A DNA stretch of 23,084 bases, taken from an uncultured virus (IMG/VR IMGVR_UViG_3300013325_000001) (Duplodnaviria; Heunggongvirae; Uroviricota; Caudoviricetes). The translations under genes and the position numbers were made by a program. Each line of letters starts with the position of its first letter. The first letter of the stretch is position 1. The DNA lies in IMG/VR virus record IMGVR_UViG_3300013325_000001, positions 62,001 to 85,084 of that record. One strand, given 5' to 3'. Of the stretch, positions 16,141-23,084 are shown piece after piece. The notes beneath the pieces were generated by a model. It saw nothing but the letters and a program-made list of their open reading frames with translations. It had not been told where the DNA came from and did not search any database.

Positions 16141-16850
16141 ACAGTGATCCAATTGGAACAATGCACGTTGTTTATGCCGCGTGCGGGCACGTTGTCGCGG
16201 CGTGCTGGGTAGAGGGCAACGAGGAAGGCGCTGCCGAGTTCAAGCGCCGCAAGCTGGCGGCGGGCGAGCGCATGGAGACAATCGAGCGATACCGCGCTGA
16301 CCCTTGCCCGGAATGGTGCTTTTCAGGCTGTAGCCGCCGCGCCAAGCCTGTAGGTGCGGAAGGGGTTACCCCTTGGTCAGGCCTGAGACTGGCGGCGGAA
16401 GTAGCCCAGGAGGATGGCCCGTGGGAGCCAGGCATCGGCATGACCAACTGCGAGAAGGCATTCGCCCAGTCTGCCGGACCCGCCACCGTGCTGCAGATGA
16501 TCGACGCGCTAGAGGCTGCAGAGGCTGAGCGCGACCAGCTGCGCGCCCAGGTCGAGGCGCTGCAAAAGGACAAGACGCGACTAGATGCCATCGAGCAAGA
16601 GTGCTGGGACGTGCGCTTTCTCAGCAGCCCGAACGGCGACGCGGGCGACAGCAGCATCAGCATCGAGATCGTCGGGCACTTCATGGCTGAGCCGTGCGAG
16701 CGCGTGGTGGGAGAGAACTACAACGAGAATCTGCGCGCCGCGCTAGATCAGGCGATGACCGCAGAGGCCTATCCGCCAGCGAGGCCGGAGTACGACGAAC
16801 GTGGGCGTCCGGTGCGCGCCATGGCCGCAGCGGAGACCGGCAATGGGTGA
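16137..16850 (+). CDS. Ead/Ea22-like mosaic protein
   Basis: FAQSAGPATVLQMIDALEAAEAERDQL coiled-coil module typical of Ead/Ea22. Confidence 0.65.
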   Translation: MNSDPIGTMHVVYAACGHVVAACWVEGNEEGAAEFKRRKLAAGERMETIERYRADPCPEWCFSGCSRRAKPVGAEGVTPWSGLRLAAEVAQEDGPWEPGIGMTNCEKAFAQSAGPATVLQMIDALEAAEAERDQLRAQVEALQKDKTRLDAIEQECWDVRFLSSPNGDAGDSSISIEIVGHFMAEPCERVVGENYNENLRAALDQAMTAEAYPPARPEYDERGRPVRAMAAAETGNG

Positions 16851-16944
16851 ATACAACGTACCCATAGCCGTCCTGGTCATTGTGGTGCTGTGGGGCCTGG
16901 TCGTGTGGCTCGATCATGTCGGCGGCCCGATCCTGGCACCATGA
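16843..16944 (+). CDS. Small membrane protein (33 aa)
   Basis: MGEYNVPIAVLVIVVLWGLVVWLDHVGGPILAP; GGAG RBS; ATGA overlap downstream. Confidence 0.55.
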   Translation: MGEYNVPIAVLVIVVLWGLVVWLDHVGGPILAP

Positions 16945-17237
16945 CCGCCCGCGTGCTGTATCGCACCTGCGACTGGCTCGACGTCATCGACCTCGTGGAG
17001 CTGATCAGCGAGGCGCCGCAATCATGGCAGGTGCGCGAGATCAGCACGTCCGGCGCGCTCGGCCCGACCCGCTACATGAAGGGTGGCCCGAACCAGCTTC
17101 ATCGGTCCTGGGAGGCGGCGCATGCCCATCTTGTAAAGCGAGCCGAAAAGCGGGTGCAGGAGGCGGTGCAGAATGTGGCTTTCCTGCAAACCGACCTTGA
17201 AAGGATCAAAGCCATGCAGAAGGTAGCCCTTCAATGA
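16941..17237 (+). CDS. Hypothetical protein
   Basis: ATGA overlaps at both ends. Confidence 0.65.
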   Translation: MTARVLYRTCDWLDVIDLVELISEAPQSWQVREISTSGALGPTRYMKGGPNQLHRSWEAAHAHLVKRAEKRVQEAVQNVAFLQTDLERIKAMQKVALQ

Positions 17238-17866
17238 CCATGCCCGCCAAGCCGACCGCTGCGGGCATCCTGCAAGCGGGTATCGACCACCTGGCAGAAC
17301 GTGCCGTCACCTATGACAAGCCCCAGGGCGAACGCTCCGTCGGCAAGGTGATCGCCATGTTCAATGAGCTAATCGCCGAAAAGCTCAAGGTGCCGCTGTC
17401 CGAGGAGGACGGCTGGAACTTCATGGAGCTGCTGAAACTGGTGCGCTCCAAGCAGGGCGCATACAAGTCAGATTCTTTTGAGGATCGCGCTTGCTACGCG
17501 GCCCTGGCGGCTGAGGCTGCTTTTAGGGACCGCGTGGCACTGCCGATGATCGGCGAGTGCATGGGCGGAGACCGTGAGCACAAGCTGGCGCCCGACCTCG
17601 GGCCGGTTGAAGGGAAGCCTAGGCAGGCACCAGCGGGGCCTGCATACACCCTGGAAGCGCGCCGCTGCATGGTCTGCCATGGAGAGCACGGCGGCGGCAT
17701 GTCATGCCCTTCCATGCGTCCTATGAGTACGTTGCGCGAGCTTGCCGGCGCTGATCTGCGTTTCGATCAGACCGGTCGCCAGGATGCGGTCGATCAGAAT
17801 GGCAACACCGGCGAGCATTACACCATGACCCTCGGTGAGGATGGCATGCCATGCTCTGCGAAGTGA
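17234..17866 (+). CDS. DUF6378-like domain protein with a C-terminal extension
   Basis: ERAVTYDKPQGERS...GWNFMELLKLVR...DSFEDRACYAAL. Confidence 0.7.
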   Translation: MTMPAKPTAAGILQAGIDHLAERAVTYDKPQGERSVGKVIAMFNELIAEKLKVPLSEEDGWNFMELLKLVRSKQGAYKSDSFEDRACYAALAAEAAFRDRVALPMIGECMGGDREHKLAPDLGPVEGKPRQAPAGPAYTLEARRCMVCHGEHGGGMSCPSMRPMSTLRELAGADLRFDQTGRQDAVDQNGNTGEHYTMTLGEDGMPCSAK

Positions 17867-18033
17867 CCGAGCACCAGCCCAAAGGCTCCATGTGCCGCGC
17901 CTGCACCAAGCAGCTCGACGATTGCAGCGCACTGCCGTTCGCATCCATGCAGGTGATCAAGCGCTATCCCGATGGCGTTAAGGCTGTGAAGTGCGAGGCG
18001 TTCAATCCAGCCAGGCCAATCCAGCCGCAGTAA
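17851..18033 (+). CDS. Small Cys-rich hypothetical protein
   Basis: HQPKGSMCRAC...CSALPFASM.VI...VKC; GAGG RBS. Confidence 0.6.
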   Translation: MLCEVTEHQPKGSMCRACTKQLDDCSALPFASMQVIKRYPDGVKAVKCEAFNPARPIQPQ

Positions 18034-18053
18034 TTCATCCCCAGCGACAAGCG

Positions 18054-18086
18054 AAGCGCGGGCCAGCAATGGTGCCGCGCTTTTTT
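18054..18086 (+). terminator. Intrinsic terminator
   Basis: AAGCGCGG...CCGCGCTTTTTT. Confidence 0.7.
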
Positions 18087-18111
18087 GTGCCTGCTCGACC
18101 TTTCCGAAACA

Positions 18112-18180
18112 TAGCAAAAGCTAAACAAAACAGATAACGGACGCTTTACACTTGCAAGTCGCTTGCTATAGCATCTGCTA
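18112..18180 (+). promoter_or_regulatory. Promoter with three operator copies
   Basis: TAGCAAAAGCTA (18112), TAACGGACGCTT (18135), TAGCATCTGCTA (18169); TTTACA -35 (18145-18150) and a TATAGCAT -10 region. Confidence 0.65.
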
Positions 18181-18216
18181 CATCGAATCAGCCACCCATC
18201 GAGCGAGGGAATGCCC

Positions 18217-18429
18217 ATGACTACCGCCACCCTTCACTGCATCAAGCGCGCCCGTATCGCCCGCGATATGCGGGTTAAGCGTTGCACTGCAAGTCGCTTT
18301 CACGAAGCCATGGCGCTGCCTGGCGTGCGCATCGTCATAACCCGCAGCAACAGCGTGCTGGTCAAGCGGGGTGACGTCGTGATCGCGGCTGCGATGGCTG
18401 AAAACTACTTCATCGACTCGGCCGCGTAA
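18217..18429 (+). CDS. Hypothetical protein
   Basis: GAGGGA RBS; first gene after the promoter. Confidence 0.6.
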   Translation: MTTATLHCIKRARIARDMRVKRCTASRFHEAMALPGVRIVITRSNSVLVKRGDVVIAAAMAENYFIDSAA

Positions 18430-18444
18430 GGCCTGGGGGAAACC

Positions 18445-19011
18445 ATGCGTACCTACAAGACAACCGATCAGAAGGTCATTGCCGCCAATCGCCAGTACGA
18501 GGCCGATTGCGAAACCCTGCAGCAGCTGGGTCAGGCCTTTGCCGCGCGCTACCCGAACGCCAAGGCGGTGTTCATCACCAGCGTGGACGGTCGAGAGTTT
18601 TACGGCTTGAGGTTCACGCCGGCGATGACTGATCCGCTGTGGACAAAGCCGCTCCCGGCGCGCGGTGGCATTCAGACGCCGCGCACCGCGCCAAACCGTG
18701 GCAGCAAGGGTGCAGAGCGCCGCCAGCAGATCGAGCAGCTTGCCGAGCTGAATACCCGCTACCGCGAGCACCGGCCCGAGTTCAAGGCTGACCGCGACCC
18801 GCTGTGGGAGGCGCTGGGCACCGATTGGGGCTCGATCCTGATGGGTGGCTTCCAGTCGTTCGAGCAGGACGGTGCGCTGTATTTCAAGACCGCCGTAACC
18901 GAGCGCGAGGGCTGGGTCGAGATCCTGGGCAGCGAGTACGACCTGGCGCTGGCGACCCACAAGGCCATGCTGGCCGCCAGCAAGACGCCGGCGCAGCAGG
19001 CCGCCGCGTGA
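18445..19011 (+). CDS. Hypothetical protein
   Basis: 188-aa ORF with strong GC3 bias; GGGGA RBS. Confidence 0.75.
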   Translation: MRTYKTTDQKVIAANRQYEADCETLQQLGQAFAARYPNAKAVFITSVDGREFYGLRFTPAMTDPLWTKPLPARGGIQTPRTAPNRGSKGAERRQQIEQLAELNTRYREHRPEFKADRDPLWEALGTDWGSILMGGFQSFEQDGALYFKTAVTEREGWVEILGSEYDLALATHKAMLAASKTPAQQAAA

Positions 19012-19193
19012 GCCGCCTGATGACGATGCTGGCCGTAGCGCTCGCATCTACCGCAGGACTCGCCATGCGACCGTCGGGCGCTAAGCCCGCCCGCCATGCC
19101 GCCACCCAAGACAAGCAGGCCGCCGCGACTGCCATCGCTGCCGCCGAAGCCAAACGAAAGCGCCGCCAAGAGAAGCGCAGGAGCCAGCTGTAA
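19008..19193 (+). CDS. Small basic hypothetical protein
   Basis: GTGA and TAATG coupling; AAAEAKRKRR C-terminus. Confidence 0.6.
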   Translation: MSRLMTMLAVALASTAGLAMRPSGAKPARHAATQDKQAAATAIAAAEAKRKRRQEKRRSQL

Positions 19194-20179
19194 TGACCGA
19201 GCCAACACGTAACAACACCATCGCCAGCATGCTCAGCGCGAAGCTGATCAAGCGCACCGACAAAGGCATGTTCATCGCCCTGTCGAACATTCTCATCGAC
19301 CAAGGGTTCAACAAGCGCCGCGAGGGCGAGCGTCTGGACAAAAGCATCCGCGAATTGGCGGACTTCCTGATCGACCGTGACGCCGAAGCGCGCGGCGAGA
19401 AGAAACTCAAAGACCTGGCGCAGTACCTGCCGCAGATCGAAGCCTACCCGCACCCTGAGAACGGCATCATCGTCGTCGAGGGGCATCGCCGCACCCGCGC
19501 CCTACGCTTGCTCGAAGCCGAGGGCTACGAGATCCCCATGGTGCCGTTCAAGCCGTTCGCTGGCAGCGCGCTGGAGCGCAAGGCGCGCATCGCCACCAGC
19601 AACAGCCAGCTGGAGCTGGAGCCGCTAGACCTGGCCGACCTGTACATGGACTTTCAGGACAACGACGGGCTGAGCCCCGACGAGATAGCTAGGCTGGTCA
19701 ACAAAACCCGTCAGCATGTCGAGCAAATGCTCAAGCTGGGGCGCGCCGGTGAGGACGTGCATGCGCAGATCGCCGCCGGCCTGATCGCCCCAGGCACCGC
19801 CGTCAGCATCATCCGCCAGCACGGTGAGAACGCCGCCGCTGAGATACAGCGCCAGCACGAGGAGGCCAAGAAACAGGGCAAGGCCAAAGTCACCAGCTCG
19901 ACCATCAAGAAGGCCACGGCGCCCAGCGTGCCGAAGGCCCTGGCCACTGATCTGGCCGTCGCCGCCACCCGCCTGGCGCAGGAGGTGCCCGAGGAGGTGC
20001 TGGCGCTGGTCGAGCGCTACCGCAGCGGCGAAAGCACGCTTGGCGATCAGTCGGTGTCGGTCAGCATTCGCGCACTTAACGCGCTGCTAGCCACCGCTGC
20101 GCACTGGCAGGACGTCAAGGCAGAGGCAGAAGCCAAGGCGGCGAAGGATCTGAATCAGGCGCTGGAGAAGGCCGCATGA
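19193..20179 (+). CDS. ParB/Srx-like N-terminal domain plus HTH protein
   Basis: GFNKR...IVVEGHRRTRA box-II-like motif; GLSPDEIARLVNKTRQHVEQML HTH. Confidence 0.8.
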   Translation: MTEPTRNNTIASMLSAKLIKRTDKGMFIALSNILIDQGFNKRREGERLDKSIRELADFLIDRDAEARGEKKLKDLAQYLPQIEAYPHPENGIIVVEGHRRTRALRLLEAEGYEIPMVPFKPFAGSALERKARIATSNSQLELEPLDLADLYMDFQDNDGLSPDEIARLVNKTRQHVEQMLKLGRAGEDVHAQIAAGLIAPGTAVSIIRQHGENAAAEIQRQHEEAKKQGKAKVTSSTIKKATAPSVPKALATDLAVAATRLAQEVPEEVLALVERYRSGESTLGDQSVSVSIRALNALLATAAHWQDVKAEAEAKAAKDLNQALEKAA

Positions 20180-20499
20180 GCCCGCTGCGCATTGGCGACC
20201 TCGCCATCATCATCAGCTGCGGCGTGCCCAGCTACATCGGCCGCACGGTTCAGGTCGAGGCGCTGTTCACCGAAGGGCATGAGCTGGTCGCCTACGACAA
20301 CGACGTGTTCCAGACGCGCGGGCCAGTGCCTCATGCCGGTGTCGTGCTCTGCAAGGGCCTGTTCGATAAGAACAGCACGGTCAGCGGCAAGCCGTTGTTA
20401 CCAAGCAAGCGGTCCGTGTTCCGTTGCAGCAGCCTGCAGCGGATCAGCCCTGACCAGATGCGTGCCGAGCAGGGGCAGTATCAGGAGCTGAGCTTGTGA
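20176..20499 (+). CDS. Hypothetical protein
   Basis: ATGA overlap; LRIGDLAIII...IGRTVQV pattern. Confidence 0.65.
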   Translation: MSPLRIGDLAIIISCGVPSYIGRTVQVEALFTEGHELVAYDNDVFQTRGPVPHAGVVLCKGLFDKNSTVSGKPLLPSKRSVFRCSSLQRISPDQMRAEQGQYQELSL

Positions 20500-20666
20500 G
20501 CCTGGATGCTGCCATAACCGCCTACTGGGTCGGCGTGGTGCTGACCGCGATCAACTCAATGCGCAGCCCGTTCGGCGTGTTCGTTCGCCGCGCCTACCTC
20601 TGGCCGCTGTTCTGGCTCGTGGTGCTGGTCAAGTTTGCGCAGGAGGCGCATCGCGCATGGAAGTGA
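20496..20666 (+). CDS. Small membrane protein (56 aa)
   Basis: GTGA overlap, AGGAG RBS; two hydrophobic stretches (AYWVGVVLTAI; YLWPLFWLVVLV). Confidence 0.55.
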   Translation: MSLDAAITAYWVGVVLTAINSMRSPFGVFVRRAYLWPLFWLVVLVKFAQEAHRAWK

Positions 20667-21160
20667 AAACCCCCTGGAACCCAAGCAAGAAGGCCATCGC
20701 GCGGGTGAAAGACCCGCTGCCGATCCCGACCATCTGCCGGTACTGCAACGGCGATGTTCGTATTGTTGGCCATGCGGCGATCTACGGCGGCCGCACCTAC
20801 GGCGATTGGCCATGGGTCTACCGCTGCGAGTGCTGCGGCGCCCGCGTGGGTCTGCATCCGTTCACGAACCTGCCGCTGGGCACACTGGCTGACGAGAAGC
20901 TGCGCGAGGTGCGCAACGTCTGCAAGAAGCCGTTCGAGCAGCTGTGGCAGAGCGGCGGCATCATGGGGCGCAGCGAGGCCTATCGCTGGCTGGCTGAGCA
21001 AATGAGCAAGTCAGTTGCGGATTGCCATTTCGGCCTGTTCGATGAGGCCGACTGCGAGCGCGCCAGGGCGATCTGCGAGATCCGCCTGACGGCATCACCC
21101 GAGGAGGCGGCGAACGCCATGCAGCAGGCGTTCAGTGCAGCCAGGAGACGGGGCGCATGA
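20657..21160 (+). CDS. DUF3268-like zinc-finger protein
   Basis: PTICRYC...YRCECCGARVGLHP.T..PLGTLAD...RSEAYRWLA...CHFGLFD. Confidence 0.8.
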   Translation: MEVKTPWNPSKKAIARVKDPLPIPTICRYCNGDVRIVGHAAIYGGRTYGDWPWVYRCECCGARVGLHPFTNLPLGTLADEKLREVRNVCKKPFEQLWQSGGIMGRSEAYRWLAEQMSKSVADCHFGLFDEADCERARAICEIRLTASPEEAANAMQQAFSAARRRGA

Positions 21161-21429
21161 GTGAGTTCGCAGTCGCTCAGCGTAATCGGCGCGTACTGGA
21201 GGCGCGCTGGCCTGAGCTGAATACCCGCAAGACCCCGGAAGGCACCGAGAAACTGTGCGGCCAGTGCCAAGAATGGCTGCCGCTCGATGAGGAGTTTTTC
21301 AGCTTCATCCCGTCGCAGGGGCACTACCGCAGCTGGTGCAAGTGCTGCGAGGCCGAGAGCGCAAGGCTACGCAGAGCCATTAAGCGCGCGCCATCCATTG
21401 CCGGGAAAGTAGCCGACAGGGCGGCGTGA
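21157..21429 (+). CDS. Zn-finger hypothetical protein
   Basis: KLCGQCQEWLPLDEEFF...SWCKCC. Confidence 0.7.
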   Translation: MSEFAVAQRNRRVLEARWPELNTRKTPEGTEKLCGQCQEWLPLDEEFFSFIPSQGHYRSWCKCCEAESARLRRAIKRAPSIAGKVADRAA

Positions 21430-21470
21430 TGGCTGCCATATCCTCAGCCTCAGAACTATGGGGCTGGGAT

Positions 21471-21800
21471 ATGAAAACAACGGTCGCGAAATATGATCGG
21501 ACGCCGTTCGTGCGGGGTGACACCCTGCTCGGGTGGAGTGTGCAGATCAGCGTAGACGGCGAGCCTGCACAGCTGCTTTCGGCGCGATTGCAGCTACGCA
21601 CAGGTAACGGCGGCCTGGTGTACGACTGGCCGGCTGTGGTGAGCGGCAATCTGGTCAGTCTGCCTGACGTAGCGGCAGAGGTAACGGCAGGCTGGCCGGT
21701 GGGGCGGCTCGAATACGATCTCGAAGTCACCTTGGCGGGCGGTCGAACCGTAACCTGGCTGTGCGGCGCTCAGCCTGTCATTCCCGACAGGACACGCTGA
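21471..21800 (+). CDS. Putative virion or tail-associated beta-rich protein
   Basis: RGDT...ARLQLR...YDLEVT...TWL.G pattern common upstream of tail-fibre genes; start uncertain (21426 or 21471). Confidence 0.55.
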   Translation: MKTTVAKYDRTPFVRGDTLLGWSVQISVDGEPAQLLSARLQLRTGNGGLVYDWPAVVSGNLVSLPDVAAEVTAGWPVGRLEYDLEVTLAGGRTVTWLCGAQPVIPDRTR

Positions 21801-21801
21801 C

Positions 21802-22101
21802 ATGGCCAGCACCGTCACTCTCACGGTCAACGACCGCGCCGACGCCACTCAGCTGACGGTCACCGACACCACCCAGACGGTGGTACTGACCATCACCGAG
21901 GCCAAAGGCGACCCCGGCAAAAGTGCATATCAGGTCTGGCTTGATCAGGGCAATAGCGGCTCGATAGAGGCGTACTTCCAGTCCCTGGCGCCCGTCAGCC
22001 CGGCTGCCAATAACCGCCTGGAGAGCCGCCCGGACGGCCTCTACGTCCGTGACGACCTCACCCCCGACCCGCTCGCCTACTACATTCTTGCAAAGGGATA
22101 A
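21802..22101 (+). CDS. Putative tail-fibre-associated protein
   Basis: KGDPGKSAYQVWLDQGNSGS motif; NRLE...DGLYV; DPLAYYILAK. Confidence 0.65.
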   Translation: MASTVTLTVNDRADATQLTVTDTTQTVVLTITEAKGDPGKSAYQVWLDQGNSGSIEAYFQSLAPVSPAANNRLESRPDGLYVRDDLTPDPLAYYILAKG

Positions 22102-22104
22102 CCC

Positions 22105-22590
22105 ATGAGTCTCGAAACCAAACTGATCGCCCTGGCACAGGCCGTGGGTGCCGACATCAAGGCTACTCGTGGTCAGGTCGGCGACCTTTCCAGCCTGCCG
22201 ACCACCACCAAGGCCAGTCTCGCGGCTGCGCTGGCTGAGCTGTTCGAGCTGACCAATTCGCTAATCAATGACACCGCTGGCGACGGCACGCTCGACGCCA
22301 CCTGGTCCGCCGATAAGATTCACGAAGAGCTGTCGCTGCGCCTCGCCGCGCTGCGCACCGAGCTGACAGATGGCGCCTCTGGGGCGCTGGACACATTCCG
22401 TGAATTGGCCGCGGCCATGGGTGACGACCCCAACTTCGCCCAGACCATCGCCACCGGCCTGTCCAATCGTGTGCGTTTCGATGAGGCGCAGGTGCTCAGC
22501 ACCGCACAGAAATTGCAGGCCTGCCAGAACATCGGCATCGGCGATCCAGAAACGGATTTCACCGCAGCCTACGTCGCAGCGAAGGCCTAA
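22105..22590 (+). CDS. Tail-fibre-related protein
   Basis: TWSADKI...ALDTFRELAAAMGDDPNFA...QACQNIG motifs seen in tail fibres. Confidence 0.7.
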   Translation: MSLETKLIALAQAVGADIKATRGQVGDLSSLPTTTKASLAAALAELFELTNSLINDTAGDGTLDATWSADKIHEELSLRLAALRTELTDGASGALDTFRELAAAMGDDPNFAQTIATGLSNRVRFDEAQVLSTAQKLQACQNIGIGDPETDFTAAYVAAKA

Positions 22591-22593
22591 ACC

Positions 22594-23084
22594 ATGGGTA
22601 AGCTCGTCGATGCCATCGAGGCCGGCTTCGCCGCAGTCGGGGCGGACATGCGGGCCAAGCAGGACGCCTTGGTCTCCGGCACGAACATCAAGACCATCAA
22701 CGGCGCGCCACTTCTGGGTTCCGGCGATCTGGTGATTGAGAGTGGTGGAGGAGGCCAAGCGATTGGCGATATCCTGCTTACTGCTAGAGACGTAGTGCCA
22801 GGATATCTACCAGCAGACGGTAGCCTGTATTTGCAATCGGCCTACCCTGACCTGTACGCAGAGGTGGGGCTGATCGGCGATCCATACTTCGAGTTTGCCC
22901 AGCGCTTGCTGCCAGTCAGCTCGAACTGGTACTCAGTGTCCTACGGCAACGGGCTGTTCGTCGCAGTAGCCAGCAACAGCGCCATCGCGGCCACCTCACC
23001 CGATGGCATTACCTGGACGCAGCGGGCGCTACCAGTTAGCGCGACCTGGTACTCAGTGACCTATGGCAACGGGCTGTTCGTTGC
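22594..23084 (+). CDS. Tail fibre or receptor-binding protein (partial) with a collar-like segment and 40-aa repeats
   Basis: KQDALVSGTNIKTING; GYLPADGSLYLQSAYPDLY collar-like motif; repeats WYSV(S/T)YGNGLFVA and SPDGITW; open at the window end. Confidence 0.75.
   Translation, partial: MGKLVDAIEAGFAAVGADMRAKQDALVSGTNIKTINGAPLLGSGDLVIESGGGGQAIGDILLTARDVVPGYLPADGSLYLQSAYPDLYAEVGLIGDPYFEFAQRLLPVSSNWYSVSYGNGLFVAVASNSAIAATSPDGITWTQRALPVSATWYSVTYGNGLFV
22900..23084 (+). repeat. 120-bp period coding repeat in the tail fibre gene
   Basis: CTGGTACTCAGTG.CCTA.GGCAACGGGCTGTTCGT at about 22927 and 23047. Confidence 0.75.

Noticed and set aside
2398..22758. Many long minus-strand ORFs (e.g. 2398-3279, 6135-6869, 14989-15846, 18178-19047)
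   Set aside because: They are antisense shadows of well-supported + strand genes, as expected in high-GC DNA.
22900..23084. Near-identical repeats in the tail fibre as a possible DGR template/variable pair
   Set aside because: Differences are not adenine-specific, both copies are in-frame 40-aa protein repeats, and no reverse transcriptase is present in the window.

Overview
A GC-rich segment of a temperate phage or prophage, possibly a phage-plasmid; a Pseudomonas-like host is an inference from composition and gene style. Almost all genes are on the + strand and many are coupled by ATGA/GTGA overlaps. The order is: divergent promoters and a Cro/YdaS-like regulator; a LexA box and a long structured leader; lambdoid O-like initiator (with an internal iteron origin) and P-like gene; Ref nuclease, dUTPase, DUF1064- and DUF1367-like genes; an XRE regulator and HU. 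Next comes about 1.1 kb of non-coding sequence that folds into a large, ornate + strand RNA (GNRA hairpins, long-range helices, candidate pseudoknots), then a Zn-finger terminase small subunit with no terL behind it. About 12 kb of accessory genes follow (DHFR, a membrane-anchored HExxH protein, mosaic Ea-type genes, DUF6378, ParB-like, DUF3268), and the window ends in a tail-fibre module. A 12-bp pseudo-palindrome (best copy TAGCATCTGCTA) recurs about 12 times in five intergenic regions. The leading candidate for a new system is the HU + large ncRNA + orphan terS cassette. All family calls and RNA folds were made by eye; no searches were run.
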